Source: Paraspadella gotoi (taxonomy: Eukaryota; Animalia; Chaetognatha). From it: a stretch of 63,825 nucleotides of DNA. The notes below the pieces were generated by a model, which had not been told where the DNA came from, ran no database searches, and was given only the letters and a program-made list of their open reading frames with translations. Shown piece by piece: positions 1-12,863 of the stretch; positions within the stretch are counted from its first letter, which is position 1, and the number at the start of each line of letters is the position of its first letter. The stretch spans positions 5,317,537 to 5,381,361 of the forward strand of contig CM119271.1 in assembly GCA_051294375.1 (NCBI GenBank). Reading direction: 5' to 3'. The translations under genes were made by a program, and so were the position numbers.

Positions 1-1505
1 AGAGAGAGAGAGAGAGAGAGAGAGCGAAATAAGGCGTCTGTAATATCGTAGCCAAATAATTATATCTTTAATTAAAACGAGGAAAAAAATCTAAAAGATT
101 ATTATAAAAAAGAAAGTAATCGTATTTGACGCTAAGAATGTTTGTATTTCACGCAATCCTATTCAGGGAATTCTCAATCAATTTTGCCTCAAAGCCTTTG
201 CGCCTTTGTGAGCATTGAGCAAGACAAGGAGCACACGAGAGAGAAAGAAAGAAAGAAATATAAAAAATAGAAAGAAAAACTTTAGAGAAAAAAGAGAGAA
301 AGAAAGAAAGAAAGAAAGAAAGAAANNNNNNNNNNNNNNNNNNNNNNNNNNNNNNNNNNNNNNNNNNNNNNNNNNNNNNNNNNNNNNNNNNNNNNNNNNN
401 NNNNNNNNNNNNNNNNNNNNNNNNNNNNNNNNNNNNNNNNNNNNNNNNNNNNNNNNNNNNNNNNNNNNNNNNNNNNNNNNNNNNNNNNNNNNNNNNNNNN
501 NNNNNNNNNNNNNNNNNNNNNNNNNNNNNNNNNNNNNNNNNNNNNNNNNNNNNNNNNNNNNNNNNNNNNNNNNNNNNNNNNNNNNNNNNNNNNNNNNNNN
601 NNNNNNNNNNNNNNNNNNNNNNNNNNNNNNNNNNNNNNNNNNNNNNNNNNNNNNNNNNNNNNNNNNNNNNNNNNNNNNNNNNNNNNNNNNNNNNNNNNNN
701 NNNNNNNNNNNNNNNNNNNNNNNNNNNNNNNNNNNNNNNNNNNNNNNNNNNNNNNNNNNNNNNNNNNNNNNNNNNNNNNNNNNNNNNCTCTGGTCAAAAG
801 ATGGGGTCCTTGCAGTTTTCAGATTAACTCTTGCAAAGGGTTATAAATTCAGAATCATTAAGCATTACTCTAGAATACATTGGTACTACAATGTTCTCCT
901 TTTGTTTTTTTTTTATTGTTCTTCCAATGCGTTCTCCCATTCAATCCCATTCTCCTCGCGCGACCAGATCTCCGAATGTCACTTCGTTCAACCGATTCTT
1001 CGTTCTACTTTCGCGCGACGCCCACTGTTCTCCGTCCAAATTCTCAAAGCGGAACTCGCGGCGCCGATAAAGTTAATTTGTACGAAGACAATTTCTCTGC
1101 GCATGCGTCGATTTTTTTCTTCTCCTCCCCCCAGCCAACGATTGGGCCAATTGACGGGTCGAATTATATTCTTCCGGCTCTGAACTTGTCGTTAATGATC
1201 CGGGTTTTAATTTGTGAGCCTCTCAGGCGAAATGGGTAGACAAATCGTCGAATGAAAACAGAATCAAACGGTTTGAACGACTTGAGATTAGCGGATCGCC
1301 TGATCTGATTTAATTTAAATCTGGAAGGAGTGTGTTGCTTTAACTTAACAGGCTGCAAAGGGACGTTATTTTCCACCAAAAAGCACTTATCTTGCTTATT
1401 TGTCTATAGAAAAAAAAACTGATAACAATAACACCATGAAATGAATTAAATAATAAATGAATAAACAAATTAAAAGAAATAAATCCGAAAAAAGGGTAAG
1501 CTCAC

Positions 1506-1602
1506 CTGATCCATCTGGCTGCACTGAGGACTGGTAGTGACGACGAGCGTAATGTTGAGGATGTTGCCACACCGATACTCCCCGCCGTCGTGGAGTTCCG
1601 CC
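1506..1602 (-). CDS. Ig-superfamily gene, exon C (F-G strands, start of next module)
   Basis: Acceptor aacAG, phase 2. The 97 nt exon reads (R)AELHDGGEYRCGNILNITLVVTTSPQCSQMDQ, with canonical donor CAG|GTGAGC. DGGEYRC matches the Ig D-x-G-x-Y-x-C motif. The gene continues leftward but further exons were not identified. Confidence 0.8.
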
Positions 1603-1844
1603 CTGTTCGTTGAGGGGCAGGAGGGTTGGGAGTGGGGTTAAAATATTTAAGGGGAGGGAATGAGGTTAAAGTGACTGAAAAAAAAAACACCGATTATTTG
1701 AAATGCCATCTGTGATACGTTTTACGTCGGTAAACTTTTATACTAAAATGAACAAAGAACAACAGCAACGACAACAAAAAAAAAAAACCCGAAAAAAAGG
1801 GTCTCCTTTTCGGAGAACAAAAAAAAATTCGGCATTTTCCAGAC

Positions 1845-1945
1845 CTCCTGATGACCATGGTGTAGACTCCTCTTTGATGATGATAAAATCCGAATTTAAG
1901 AAGATCGATCGTCTGATCGAAAGCCTCTGAACCGAAAGACAACAC
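1845..1945 (-). CDS. Ig-superfamily gene, exon B (middle strands of Ig domain)
   Basis: Acceptor tctctAG follows a long pyrimidine tract. The 101 nt exon reads VLSFGSEAFDQTIDLLKFGFYHHQRGVYTMVIR+AG, with donor GAG|GTCTGG. It is phase 0 in and phase 2 out, matching both neighbours. YTMVIR fits the E-strand (xxLxI) motif. Confidence 0.75.
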
Positions 1946-2688
1946 CTAGAGACAGAGAGGGAGGGGGAGGGAGAGGGAGAGGGAGGGGGAGAGAGAGGGG
2001 GAGAAGAAGGCGAGAGAGAGGGGGGGGAGAGAGGCGAGGAAGAAAGGGGATGGAGAGGGGAGGTGAGAGAAGATAGAGACATAAATATTCCGATATTTCT
2101 CGCTTCTTTTTCTTTTTTTTCCTTTCCTCACCTTTCCTTTTCCTTACCTTCTTCCAATATTTACTCGGTTTCCGCCATAATTCTCTCTGGGAGCGATTTC
2201 CATCTTTTTGGCTTTTATCTCGAAATCTTTTTTAACGATTTGTTTATTATGAAAAAAGATTTACTAAAAACGTTGGTTTCTATTCGAGGAGGTTTTTGTT
2301 AGTTTTCAAAAAGAAATTTTCATAGTTTTTTACCAAAAAGAATTTACCTATTTTTTAAAAAAATTCGTTTAACGTTAAATCTAAAATTATTTTGGGAGAG
2401 AGTGAATTTATTTAAAAAAACTTGATATAGAATAAGTGATTATACAAATGATAGATTTCATTTTTCCTTAAATACTATTGCTTCTCGTCATAATCAAGAA
2501 ATCTCTGGAAATTAAAATAGTGCTGCTTAATTTCGTAATCTCCAATCATCAAAATTATTCAATCCCTACAGACATCCCGCACTCTCAAAAGTTTCAAACT
2601 TCTCCCGCGACAACCCACTGCTCTCTCGCACTTTGACTGCTACTTCTGCCACTTCCCATGCCACTTCCGACCGCCATTTCCCCAAGAC

Positions 2689-3023
2689 CTGATTGGTGTC
2701 CGATTTCATCCAAATCGCCGGTCGCTTGGAGACGCAATGGAACTCGACGGTGGCGCCGACTGGAATCACCATCTTTCTCGTCAGCGGCGTCATGGCGCCG
2801 CCGACGGACGCCGCGCCGGCGATTCCGCGTCGAACGACGCCGCGTGGGGCTCGAAGGGCGCGCCGGGGCGGCGACGGATCGACGCCGAATTCGCCGTAGG
2901 AGGCGGCGCCGTCGTCGTGCCGAGTTCGAGTCCGACCGGCGTCCATTTTTTGGGAGGAGGAGGAGGAGGAGGAGGAGGATGAGGAGTAGGTATGGGGTAA
3001 ACGGTTCCTGAGCGTTGACCAGA
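2689..3023 (-). CDS. Ig-superfamily gene, exon A (low-complexity N-terminal segment plus start of V-like Ig domain)
   Basis: A polypyrimidine tract and ctcAG acceptor (AG at 3024-3025) precede a phase-1 start. The exon reads WSTLRNRLPHTYSSS...QKMDAGRTRTRHDD...PLTRKMVIPVGATVEFHCVSKRPAIWMKSDTNQ and ends at donor CAG|GTCTTG in phase 0. It contains the Ig B-strand Cys (VEFHC) and C-strand Trp (AIWMK). Confidence 0.75.
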
Positions 3024-3706
3024 CTGAGATGAATGGACGGGGGTAAAGGAGAAATGGTTATTCGAGTTCAGTTTTAAAGTTTGTCAATTAAGTGGGTTTT
3101 TTTGGTTTGTTTTTTTTTAAAACTAATTAATTACAGCTTCACCACCTAAAATAAACTAAGTTTTAAACATGGATTCCCAATATCAACTTGGTATCGCTTA
3201 ACGAACGAATCCTAATCGAATTCGATTCTCGAAGGAATCATTAGATACGATGTTTTTACGCAGGAAACCCGGTCCGGCCCCGTCGCGTCGCGAGGTCCCC
3301 GTTGCCTCGTTTAAAGTTTAGTAGAGGAATTAGCGGAGCCTTTGGAGGTTGACGGTTTTTTTATTTATTAAAATTAATAAATCCTCCGTTTGATATTTTT
3401 TTTTGGGTCTTATAGCTATTAAGATAATTAAAGTCATTAAGATAATCATATTATTGATTTTTCATTTTTCAATCAAATTGAGTTGTACATCAAAAACTAT
3501 CAAAATTGCTTTAAAGAAAATAAATTTTCTCCGCCTCAATCGCAGAACTGCGAACATTTTTCTGATTGATGATTATCGTGATCGATGTCATCCCTAAATC
3601 TTAACATAATAGATATATAATAGATAATAAATATATAAGAGATCTTAACATAATAGATATATAATAGATATATCAATTCTGAAAACCTTGGTTAGTAAAG
3701 ATTAAA

Positions 3707-3990
3707 AAAACAAGGAACGGTTATTCCAAGGTGTTGTGCCGCATTACTTTTCTTTTTATTTATCATGTCATTTATTCCTGATAGTTTATAAGATTTCTTT
3801 AAAAACAAAAGGCGGCGCCAGTAGTCGATTAGATTTGATTTTTAACAAATGAGCAACAAACTATAAGCAAGTTATAAGCGTTTTTAACGTAAGTGGGACA
3901 AACCGACGGACAGACGGAACGACCGACCGACCGACCGACCGAAAAGTGACTTATAGAGCTGTTCCGCGAGTATTCGCGGCGCAACTAAAA
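3707..3990 (-). mobile_element. Helentron/DINE-1-like non-autonomous element, copy 1
   Basis: Shares blocks with 56465-56779 and 59735-60062 (aaggcggcgc...ttagatttga...acaaat.agca...gggaca...agtgactta). It has an internal (GACC/GACG)n tract, subterminal inverted repeats GTTG(T/C)GCCGC...GCGGCGCAAC, a short ggaa..ttcc hairpin at the other end and A/T-run flanks. Confidence 0.65.
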
Positions 3991-4016
3991 AAGCAAATAT
4001 AAAAAATAGCAAAAAC

Positions 4017-4198
4017 CTCGCGACGCCTCTCCGTCTCCACAAAACAAAAAGAAGAAAAGAGAGACAAACAGTTTGACTTCAGAAAGAATCGACGACAAAC
4101 GATGACGACGACGACGACGACGCACGACGACGACGACAAATTCGGTTTCTTCTCTCCTTTTTTTCCCGTGGAACAAACAAGAGATAAATTGCGAAAAC
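4017..4198 (-). CDS. Candidate upstream exon of the Ig gene encoding a signal-peptide-like hydrophobic segment
   Basis: Open frame ...RRRRRRHRLSSILSEVKLFVSLFFFLFCGDGEASR ends GAG|GTTTTT in phase 1, compatible with exon A. There is a tAG acceptor at 4199-4200. No in-frame ATG is present and the donor is weak. Confidence 0.35.
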
Positions 4199-5221
4199 CT
4201 ATTTTTGGCGCAAGTAATTTGAGGTCACGAAACGGGATGGAAGGGGGGGAGGGGAAGAGAGGGAGAAAGGGGAAGAAGAAGGGGAGAGAAGGAAGAGAGG
4301 GAGGAGGAAGGGAAGCGTGGGAGGGGACGGGAAAAGAGGGGAAGGAGAGGGAGGAGAGAGGGGGGAGAGGGAAGTGAGGGAGGAGAGGGGAAGAGAGAGA
4401 GGAGAAGGGAAGAGAGGGAGGAGAGGGAGAGAAAAGGAGAAGAGGGGAAGGAGAGGGAAGAGAGGGAGAAGAGGGAAGTAGAAAGGAAGGAGAGGGGAAG
4501 AGAAAGAAAAGAATGAAAGAGAGGGGAAGAGAGGGAGGGGAAGAGGAAGAGAGGGAAGAGAGGGGAAGAGAGAGAGCAGAGTTTTGCGAAGTCCGAGGAA
4601 TAGAGGACAAGTGATGACCCGCCTCCCTTTCTCTATTTCTCTCTCTGTCTGTCTGTTTTTCTGTCCGTCTTTCTTTCATTTAATCTGTCCATCGGTTTGA
4701 CTGTCAGTCACTCTGTCTTTCTATCTTCCTCTCCCCCCCCGATCACCTCCCCCCCTTCTCACCTTCTCCATCCTCCGTGACTACCCTGTGATGTTGTGAC
4801 AAAGTTTTTGGCGAGACGAGCAGCAAAATCCAAAACACGAGCAACGAGAAACGCTGCGCGTAGCGCATAGTTTTTTCCATAGCGTAGCGTTGTAGCGCGT
4901 AGCGTAGTGTGAAAGCCGAACGGGTTTTTTTTTCTGTTTTGTTTTTTTGTTTTGTTTTTGTTTTTTGTTTTTTTGGCGTGCGCGAAGTTTTAATGTGCGT
5001 GCGACGCCGGTTTTATTGCTTTATTCCCTTTTCGTTGTTGTCGTCGTGGTCGTCGTCGCGTCGTCGGTTCGTTTATCGTTTGGGTTGTCGAACGCTTTTA
5101 GAAGCAGCAACGAACGCATCATGTTTCGAAAAGAGAGAGAGAGAGAGAGAGAGAGAAGAGAGAGGAAGAGAGAAGAGGAGAGAGAAGAGAGAGAGAGAGA
5201 GAGAAAGAGGAAGAGAGAGAC

Positions 5222-6825
5222 TTTTTTTTTCCGGATACGAGCAGCGAGCCTCGCGGTCGTATTGAGTGAGAGTTGAGAGGGACGAGAGCTAGAGAGAGAT
5301 AGCGAGAGAGAGAGAGAGTCGTATCGTTGCAATGGGCACAGAGGACCACTGGGTATTTTGTTGGCGAGTTCGAAACTGGAAAAATAAGAGACAAAAAATA
5401 GAGTAAACGACGGGTTAATTTGACGAATGCACTATCGGAGTTATCAAATTTTTCAATCGCCACATGTCCAAATCTCCTCTCTCTCTCTCTCGTCTCAATC
5501 TCTCCATCCTCTCGCTCATCTCTCTTCTCATTCTCTCCTCTTCACTCTCTCATTCACGCCTCTCTCTGCTCACTCTTACGTAAGGCAACTCAATCGAAAG
5601 TTTTTCGAAAATGAGGAACGAAATTTTGAAAAAAAAAAAAAAAATATCGAAATTAAAACGGTTGGGGGGCGAAAGGTGACGATGGGGATAATAGAAATTT
5701 GGGGCCGCAGAAAAGTTAGACGGGCGACGTATAGGCGCCGCAAAAAATGGCAATTAAAACGAGGTCAGGCGCTGGAAAAATGCGAGACGGCGAGGTTCCA
5801 CGGCTCTGCACCTTATAAAAATAACGTGGGTCGAAGTCAGCGAAAATTGGCGTAATCGTGAAGAACCAAAAAGTAAGCAGATAACGTTGGGACTTAAGTC
5901 CCGAAATCATAACCCGGTAAGAACGGCGTGGCGGGTTGGCACCAGTATAACAGGAAGAAAGCATGGCAGCGGTTCCGAAACAGGTAGAAGGCATGGCCGC
6001 GAGATCGCGAACGGGTAGTCCCATGGAAATGGCATGGCGCGGAGCCTGCAAATTGTATTTTCCAGGTCCCACTATTCGTTAAGAACATCGACAGAGAAAA
6101 AAATGGCGGCCATGAAGGAAAAAAAATTTCGGCGGCGAAAAAATTATCGATTTTTTATTTTTTTTGGTTTTGTTTTTTACCTTTGAAAAATAGAAAAAAA
6201 AAATATTCAAAAGGGGAGGAAAAGGGAAAAAAAGAGAGAGAAGAAAAAAGGGAGGAAAGGAGGAAAAGAGAGAGAAGAAAAAGGGAGGAAAGTAAAAAGA
6301 GAAGAGAATAGAAATGAGGAAGGAAGGGAAACAGAGAGAAGAAAGAAAAAAGGGGCGAGAGAAATAAAAAGAGAGAATAGAAAAAGGGGAAGGAAAGGAA
6401 AAAAGACGAGAGAAGAAAAAAAAAGGGAGGAAGAAAAAAGAGAGAGAAAAAAGGGGAGGAAAAAGGAAAAAAGGGAGAGAAGAAAAGGGGAAGTGAAAGG
6501 AAAGAGAGAGAAGAAAAAAAAGGGGGAAGGAAAAGGAAAAAGAGAGAGAAGAAAAAGGGGAGGAATAGAGAAAAGAGAGAAGAAGAAAAAAAACAGGAAG
6601 AAAAAGAGGAAAAAGAGGAGAGAAGAAAAGAGAAGAACAAGGGAAAGAGAGAGAATAAAGGGAAGGAAAGGAAAAGAGAGAGAAAAGAGAAGGCAGAAGA
6701 AAGGAAAGAGAGAGAAGAAAAAACGGAGGAATAAAAAGGAGAAGAAAAAAGAAAGTAAACTGGTGAGACATGAAACGAGAGTAAAAACTACGCAGGTGTA
6801 AATAATGAGGCATGTTGCGAGAAAA

Positions 6826-6863
<38 letters not shown>

Positions 6864-7422
6864 AGTGAAGAGAAAAGGAGAGACGACGGGAGAGAACGGC
6901 CAGAATCTGAACCACATTGACCGATTGACCGATCGACCGGACACGAGACTGACCTGACTCTTTACTCCACTCTTTTCATCTCCCTCTCTCTCTTTCTCTC
7001 ATCTGCTCTCTCCAAACTTTTACTTGGACAAGACCAAACAAGACAGAATTTAGATTTCACTGGAATCACATTCTTAGAGAGACGCGTCAACTACTTTTGC
7101 TTACAAAGTTTATTTAATACGTTTATTAAACTGAGAAGATTCTTCCTACGATTAAATTGGATCCTCTACGATTTAATTGATTCATCTCGAATTTGATCTC
7201 GAATTTTCTCTACGGATTTTTGTCTAGCACATTTATTACATTTATTTACATTTATTCCGCATATTCTATCTTTTTCCGAACTTTTGAAGGCTTCAGTTTA
7301 CAGAAACGTTTTGGGATACTTTTCGATCAGAAAGTTGCGACCAGAAGTGGAAACCATCCGCTCACCTCAAAGAGGCGTAGGAGCCAAGCTTCTCTACAGA
7401 GAGAGAGAGAGAGAGGAATAGA

Positions 7423-7467
<45 letters not shown>

Positions 7468-10400
7468 AGAAGAGAAGAGAGAGAGAGAGAGAGAGAGAGA
7501 AGAAAGGTGAGTGAGAGAACATAGTTGGCGGCGTTGAGTTTCTGTTTCCCTTTTTGGTTCTTATTTTTTTCGTATTGATTTCTTTTTATTTTTTGTTCTA
7601 TTTTCGTTTGTTTGTTATCCCTCTGAAGTTTCCATTATTGGCGACTTCAGCATCGAGTAAGGAGAATTTTAAGTGTGCGAACGGGCGGGAATGTAAAGGA
7701 TGAAAGGGGCTGTCCGTCTGTTCCGTGTCGTCGTTCATCGTTGTTGTCCGCCGTGATTTACGTCCTTGTCGATTGTTAATCTTCGTCGTCGTTGTTGACG
7801 TCGTATTGTCGTCCGTCGTTAAGACGCGAATCACGGAAAGTTGATTCGGATTCTGAGATGTCTGCGTTGTCCTTATTTGTTTTGCGTCTCTCATTTTTTT
7901 ATTTGGTTTTCTCTTGAAAAAAAAAAAAAAACAAAGGTCGTTGAAAGGTAAATCAGAGTTTGCACGTTATTCGGTTTCGCCTTCCTATATAGTCCTTGAT
8001 GTCGTTTTGTTTATTTTTAATGTCGTTGTTGTTTCCCCGGAATGAAAAAACAGAGGGATTCACTTGTTTTTTTTTAGTTGGTATTATCATTTTATCAAGA
8101 ATCGTTTTTTTTTTGTTAGACTTGTTTTGCTATAGAAACTAGAATATCCAATAATCGATGAAAAGCATAAGTTATTATATCGATGAAATGATATCTGTGT
8201 TTGGTTATGACAGCGATGAAACGTCGAAAAACACTTTTATTCAACCTGATATATAATTGGGGTCGATCGTTCAAAAATTCAACGGTAGATGCGTAAAATC
8301 AAATAATTCAATAAGTTTACGTAAAACTAACTGAAAACAGCAAATGCAGTCATCTTCTATCATCGTCGAAAACGAGGAGTCGTCATCGTTGTTATTTGTC
8401 GTCGTTCGATCAGAGTCTCGTCTGTCGTCAGCGAACCGACATTAATCTTTATTTAACGGAGATATAGGAGAGAATTTTGGGAGAAAAAGTAGAATCCAAA
8501 GAAGATGTAATTTAAAATTATTTATAAAAACTTAGGTTTAAGAATAATTAGAAAAAAAAAAGAAGCGAAAGCGTAAGAATGGAAGTTACGTACGGAAATT
8601 CTAAAAAGTCAATAAGAAACAACTACCATCAGTGAAACATTTCAATTTGCAAAAAAAATATATGTTTTTATTAGGTTTTTGCGGAGCCAAGTAAAAGGCT
8701 ATATTTTATAGTAGTTACTATCACGTTAAAAAAATCGAAAAATTTCAAAATAGGCTTTTTCATTAATTTTGATTACAGATTTGAATTCCCTCGTCCAAAA
8801 GTTTGATAAAAAAATATACTCATTTAAAAAAATCTTATCTCCATTAATATGGGTTAAGAAAATTAAAAAAAAAACTATATTTGATATAAAAAAGTTAATT
8901 TTCACGACTTAAAATATTAAGCCTTTTACTAATTTTTGACCCAGCTTAAATGAAGGGAATGTTTAAAAAAAAGAGTTATAGGTTTCTTTTTATCACTATC
9001 TTTAATGACAAATCCAAATCTGCAAAAATGAATGCTAGAAAAAACTTTTATAAAAATTTTGAGCAAATTATTGGATTAGTACTGTACTATGTATGAATAT
9101 GGACCTACTGCGTTAAATTGGTGAAATATTTATTCTAAATTTTTTTATACAAAATGTTCATAAGAATAGTGAATAGAATAAGTTGTACGATATCCTTACT
9201 TTTAAAATTTAAATCAAAGTTAAATTTAGAAATTAATAATACATGGAAGAAGAGAAGATAAATCATAAACATAAGCAAAAATTTATTAATATAACCCATA
9301 CAACATTGAACCTTTGCAATCGAATAAGAAGAAAACACAAATGGAGAGAGTGAAGAGATGAAGAAGAAGTGAATGATGCGAAATGATATGGAAAATGAGG
9401 CTACACGACCATCCTACTATCATTGAGACCAGGCGACCGGTAAACAGGATATGAAAGCTAATTGAAAGACCTCTACATGACTAATGACGGAGACGAACGA
9501 ATGACGACGACGACGAAACGACGACGACGACGACGAAACGACGAAAACGGCGACGGCGAAGACGTCACACGAGAAAAGAAAAACAAATCAAGAGGCAATC
9601 GTGAGCGGAAAGCCAGCGTGAACCGTCGATATCTCATCTTCTCTCTCTCGTTCTCTCTTCATCTCTCTCTTCTCTCATCCTCTCTCTCTCTCTACCTTTC
9701 TTTCTTCTTTACTTTTTTCTTTTCCTTCTTCTTTCTTCTTTCTCAAGGTTCTTCTATTCTTTCTTTTTTTATTTCATTTCTTTCTTTCTTATCTTTCTTT
9801 CTTTTTTTTTCTTTGCTTTCTTCTTTCTAATATCTTTCTTTATTTTTTTTTCATGCTGTCATTTATTAATTCTCACTGTTTCGACAGACTTTACCTAATA
9901 ACTTTAAAACTAATTAACTTAACACAAATACCAAAGATTCAGAAAAAAAGTGTCCTAACTCAGAAGTAGGCACATTCAGAATCAAGCATAAAAATTAAAA
10001 TAAAAATCTCTTATTATTCAATTTTGATGGAAATCCAAGTTTCTTCTACAAATGATACTTTTTTTTGATGGCGGCATAAGAAGATAAAGAAATAAAAATA
10101 AGCCAGAGATGAACAAAAGCAAGAAAGATAGAAAGCAAAAAGAATAAAAGTAAGAAAGCAAGAAAGGGAGGAAGAAAGAAAGAATAAAGAAAGAAATAGA
10201 AAGAAAGAAAGAACAGAAAAAGAAGAAAGAAAGAGGAAAGAGAGAGGCGTATAAAATCAAAAACTAATTTAAATTGAAAGACGAAAAACAATTTTCTGGA
10301 TTTAAAATATATCAATGGCTGATAGTAACGAAATCGATCGATCCAGTTGAGCAGGATTTGTCTTCTGATAGTGTGCACGAAGAGCAGGGATTGTGGTCGT

Positions 10401-12775
10401 TTGAGAAGGGACTGACTCGTTTAATGCAAAAGCTCACGCTCATCAATACGCAGAGTTCTGTGGTCTATCATTTGTCGAGGACTAGTTGCGCACTTAGGAG
10501 GTGTTTCGACATCAGTGAGGTCGCCTGATGGATACAAGATGTATTACTTGTATATTGTAGGACGTAGAGAGAGATGATGATGTGGGGAGGATTGAACGTG
10601 ATGTGTTACGAATGAGATCGAGGAGGACGGGGCAGCGGAAGGATGGTGTTAGGAATGTACGAGTGTTAGTCAGCGGGTTGGTTGATAGGATCGTGAGCAC
10701 GGCGAGTACGTGATGGCTACAGCGGAGTGAATGACTGCGTATCGTCTAATTAGCTGCATAGCAGTCGGTTACGCTGATCAAGCGTGGGCTATGAGCTCAT
10801 GGACGCCGAGTGATCACACGCTAGTGCGCGTCTGATCTAGAACGAGCCCGTAGACATGACTGTTCGCTGGGCTTCTGGTTAGGCAGAGGCTACAGCGACT
10901 TGAATTTCGCACGGTGCGCAACGCCGACACGGAAGTACAGTCGACATAGCACGTATCAGCTCGGAACCTCGTCGACGTTCGCTACTGAGCTAGAGTTACT
11001 GATTGTCGAGACCTCTATGGAGGTTTACGCGTCAGTTGACATTGGGTGCCAGATTTCATCGAAGAATGTGTCGCGCTTCTGAGAGATCACCATGCGAGAC
11101 AGGTGAGGTACTACTCGATCTCTCGAGTGCTTACGACCTGTTTCTTAGTTCGTACCGATGTGTATGATTGGCGGACCGCGATCTAGCCGATTGGATGATT
11201 CAGAGCTGGTGTTCGCTGATCTATCACGCAGTTCTGTATACGGAATGTGTCTCTGGTGTCGGCCTATAGCTTCGTGGGTTGTCGAGGCCGATAGATTGTG
11301 ATCTTCGTGTCGAACAGTAGGCGGAGCTCCGAGAAGTTCATTGGGCGGGAGGCGGCTTCGCGAAGGATGAAGAATGACTACATATGACAACGAACACAAA
11401 TAACGACACAACGATGAGAAACGAACAACAAAATGACGCCACGACCAAGAGATGACGAGAATAAACGCTGAGGACGACAATCGACGACGACGACGACCGA
11501 AGTAGACGACGATTATGAAAGATATTGACGTCGGTGAAATCTTCGGTATCTTGCGGGCTATCGTACGTCATCGTCGTCATGCGGTCGTCGTCATCGTCGT
11601 GTGCGATAATGGATGACATTCGTCAGTTGAAACATTTTCTTCTGCTCTTCGTCGAAAACGAGAGAAATTTCGTTGGCAGCCGGAAAATTGTCGAAGGCTG
11701 AATTTGTCGAAGGGCGAAAAGCGATCCAGCGAGTTTGGTTGTCCTAGTATAATAATTTGTAAGATAACCACAATTGTTGCAAAGGGAAACTTTACTAAAA
11801 TTCCTCCAATTGGCGAATATACGATATTTTTTTCTTCTTCTTTTTTTCTTCACTTTTTGCTGGTTGAGCAATATCGCATTTTCGAGTTTTAAATAACTGG
11901 GAATCATAGAACGGAAGTTTCAATTTAATGTTTTTGAAGAGATATATCGAGGGGAGGGAGCTCAGTGAAAAGAATAAAATGGATTTTTTGAAGGTCAATA
12001 ATTGGGAGAAAATAAAAAAAGAAGAGGTAAAAATTGATATGGAAGGAAAGTGGAGGGGGGCGAGGACGGTGAGAGGTGAAAGGAAAGAAAAAGGATAATG
12101 GAAAGATGGAGTAGAAAGAAAGAATAAGGAAAGTTTAAATCCTGAGGAGAAAGAATTTCAAGACGAGGAAAGAAATGTAGGTGAATTAAAGAAGGGACCG
12201 GAGGGCTCGGGAATAAGAAAGAAAAAAAGAGATTAAAGGTAAGATAGCTGAGAGAGAGAGAGTAGAGAAGAGAAAGAAACGGGGGTAAATTCTAATTTTT
12301 CTGTATACTTTGATGAATAAGGCGCTACTCGTGGGCTGAAGAATGACTGCCGTAACTTCTATAACCCCTCTAGCAGCCGATGGAACGGGTCCCTGGGCTT
12401 GAATCCAGGCTTGAGGGTTTGCCATGCCCCCAGAGCGGCTTACGCCCTCCTCTACCTACTCACAGGGTAGGATACCGCGGTTGCGCGATTGAAACCCGGT
12501 ACCTAGTGGTCATTGAGCTGATGGCTTTACTAATGAGCCACCGGGTCAACTGAAAGTGTCATGAGTTCTAGGCGGGGTGAACCTAGGCAATGCTCCGACT
12601 TTACATATTGAATATATCTATGAATGTAAGAAGCTATAAAATGGCAACGATCCGACGTAGCGTTTACTCTTGTGGAATATCACTTGTCGCATAAATAGCG
12701 AGTGCTTTCAAATAAAAGACACAAAAAGGGAATCTTAACAACTGAAATTTGAAAATAAAAAAGGGCGTGTGAGAT

Positions 12776-12863
<88 letters not shown>

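Noticed and set aside
985-1100. Possible next Ig-gene exon (EIVFVQINFIGAASSALRIW)
   Set aside because: The phase is incompatible with exon C, there is no Cys, the acceptor is poor and an in-frame stop follows.
215-1183. ORFs spanning N runs (also 43184-44407, 53332-53863, 54846-55291)
   Set aside because: They are open only because of assembly gaps.
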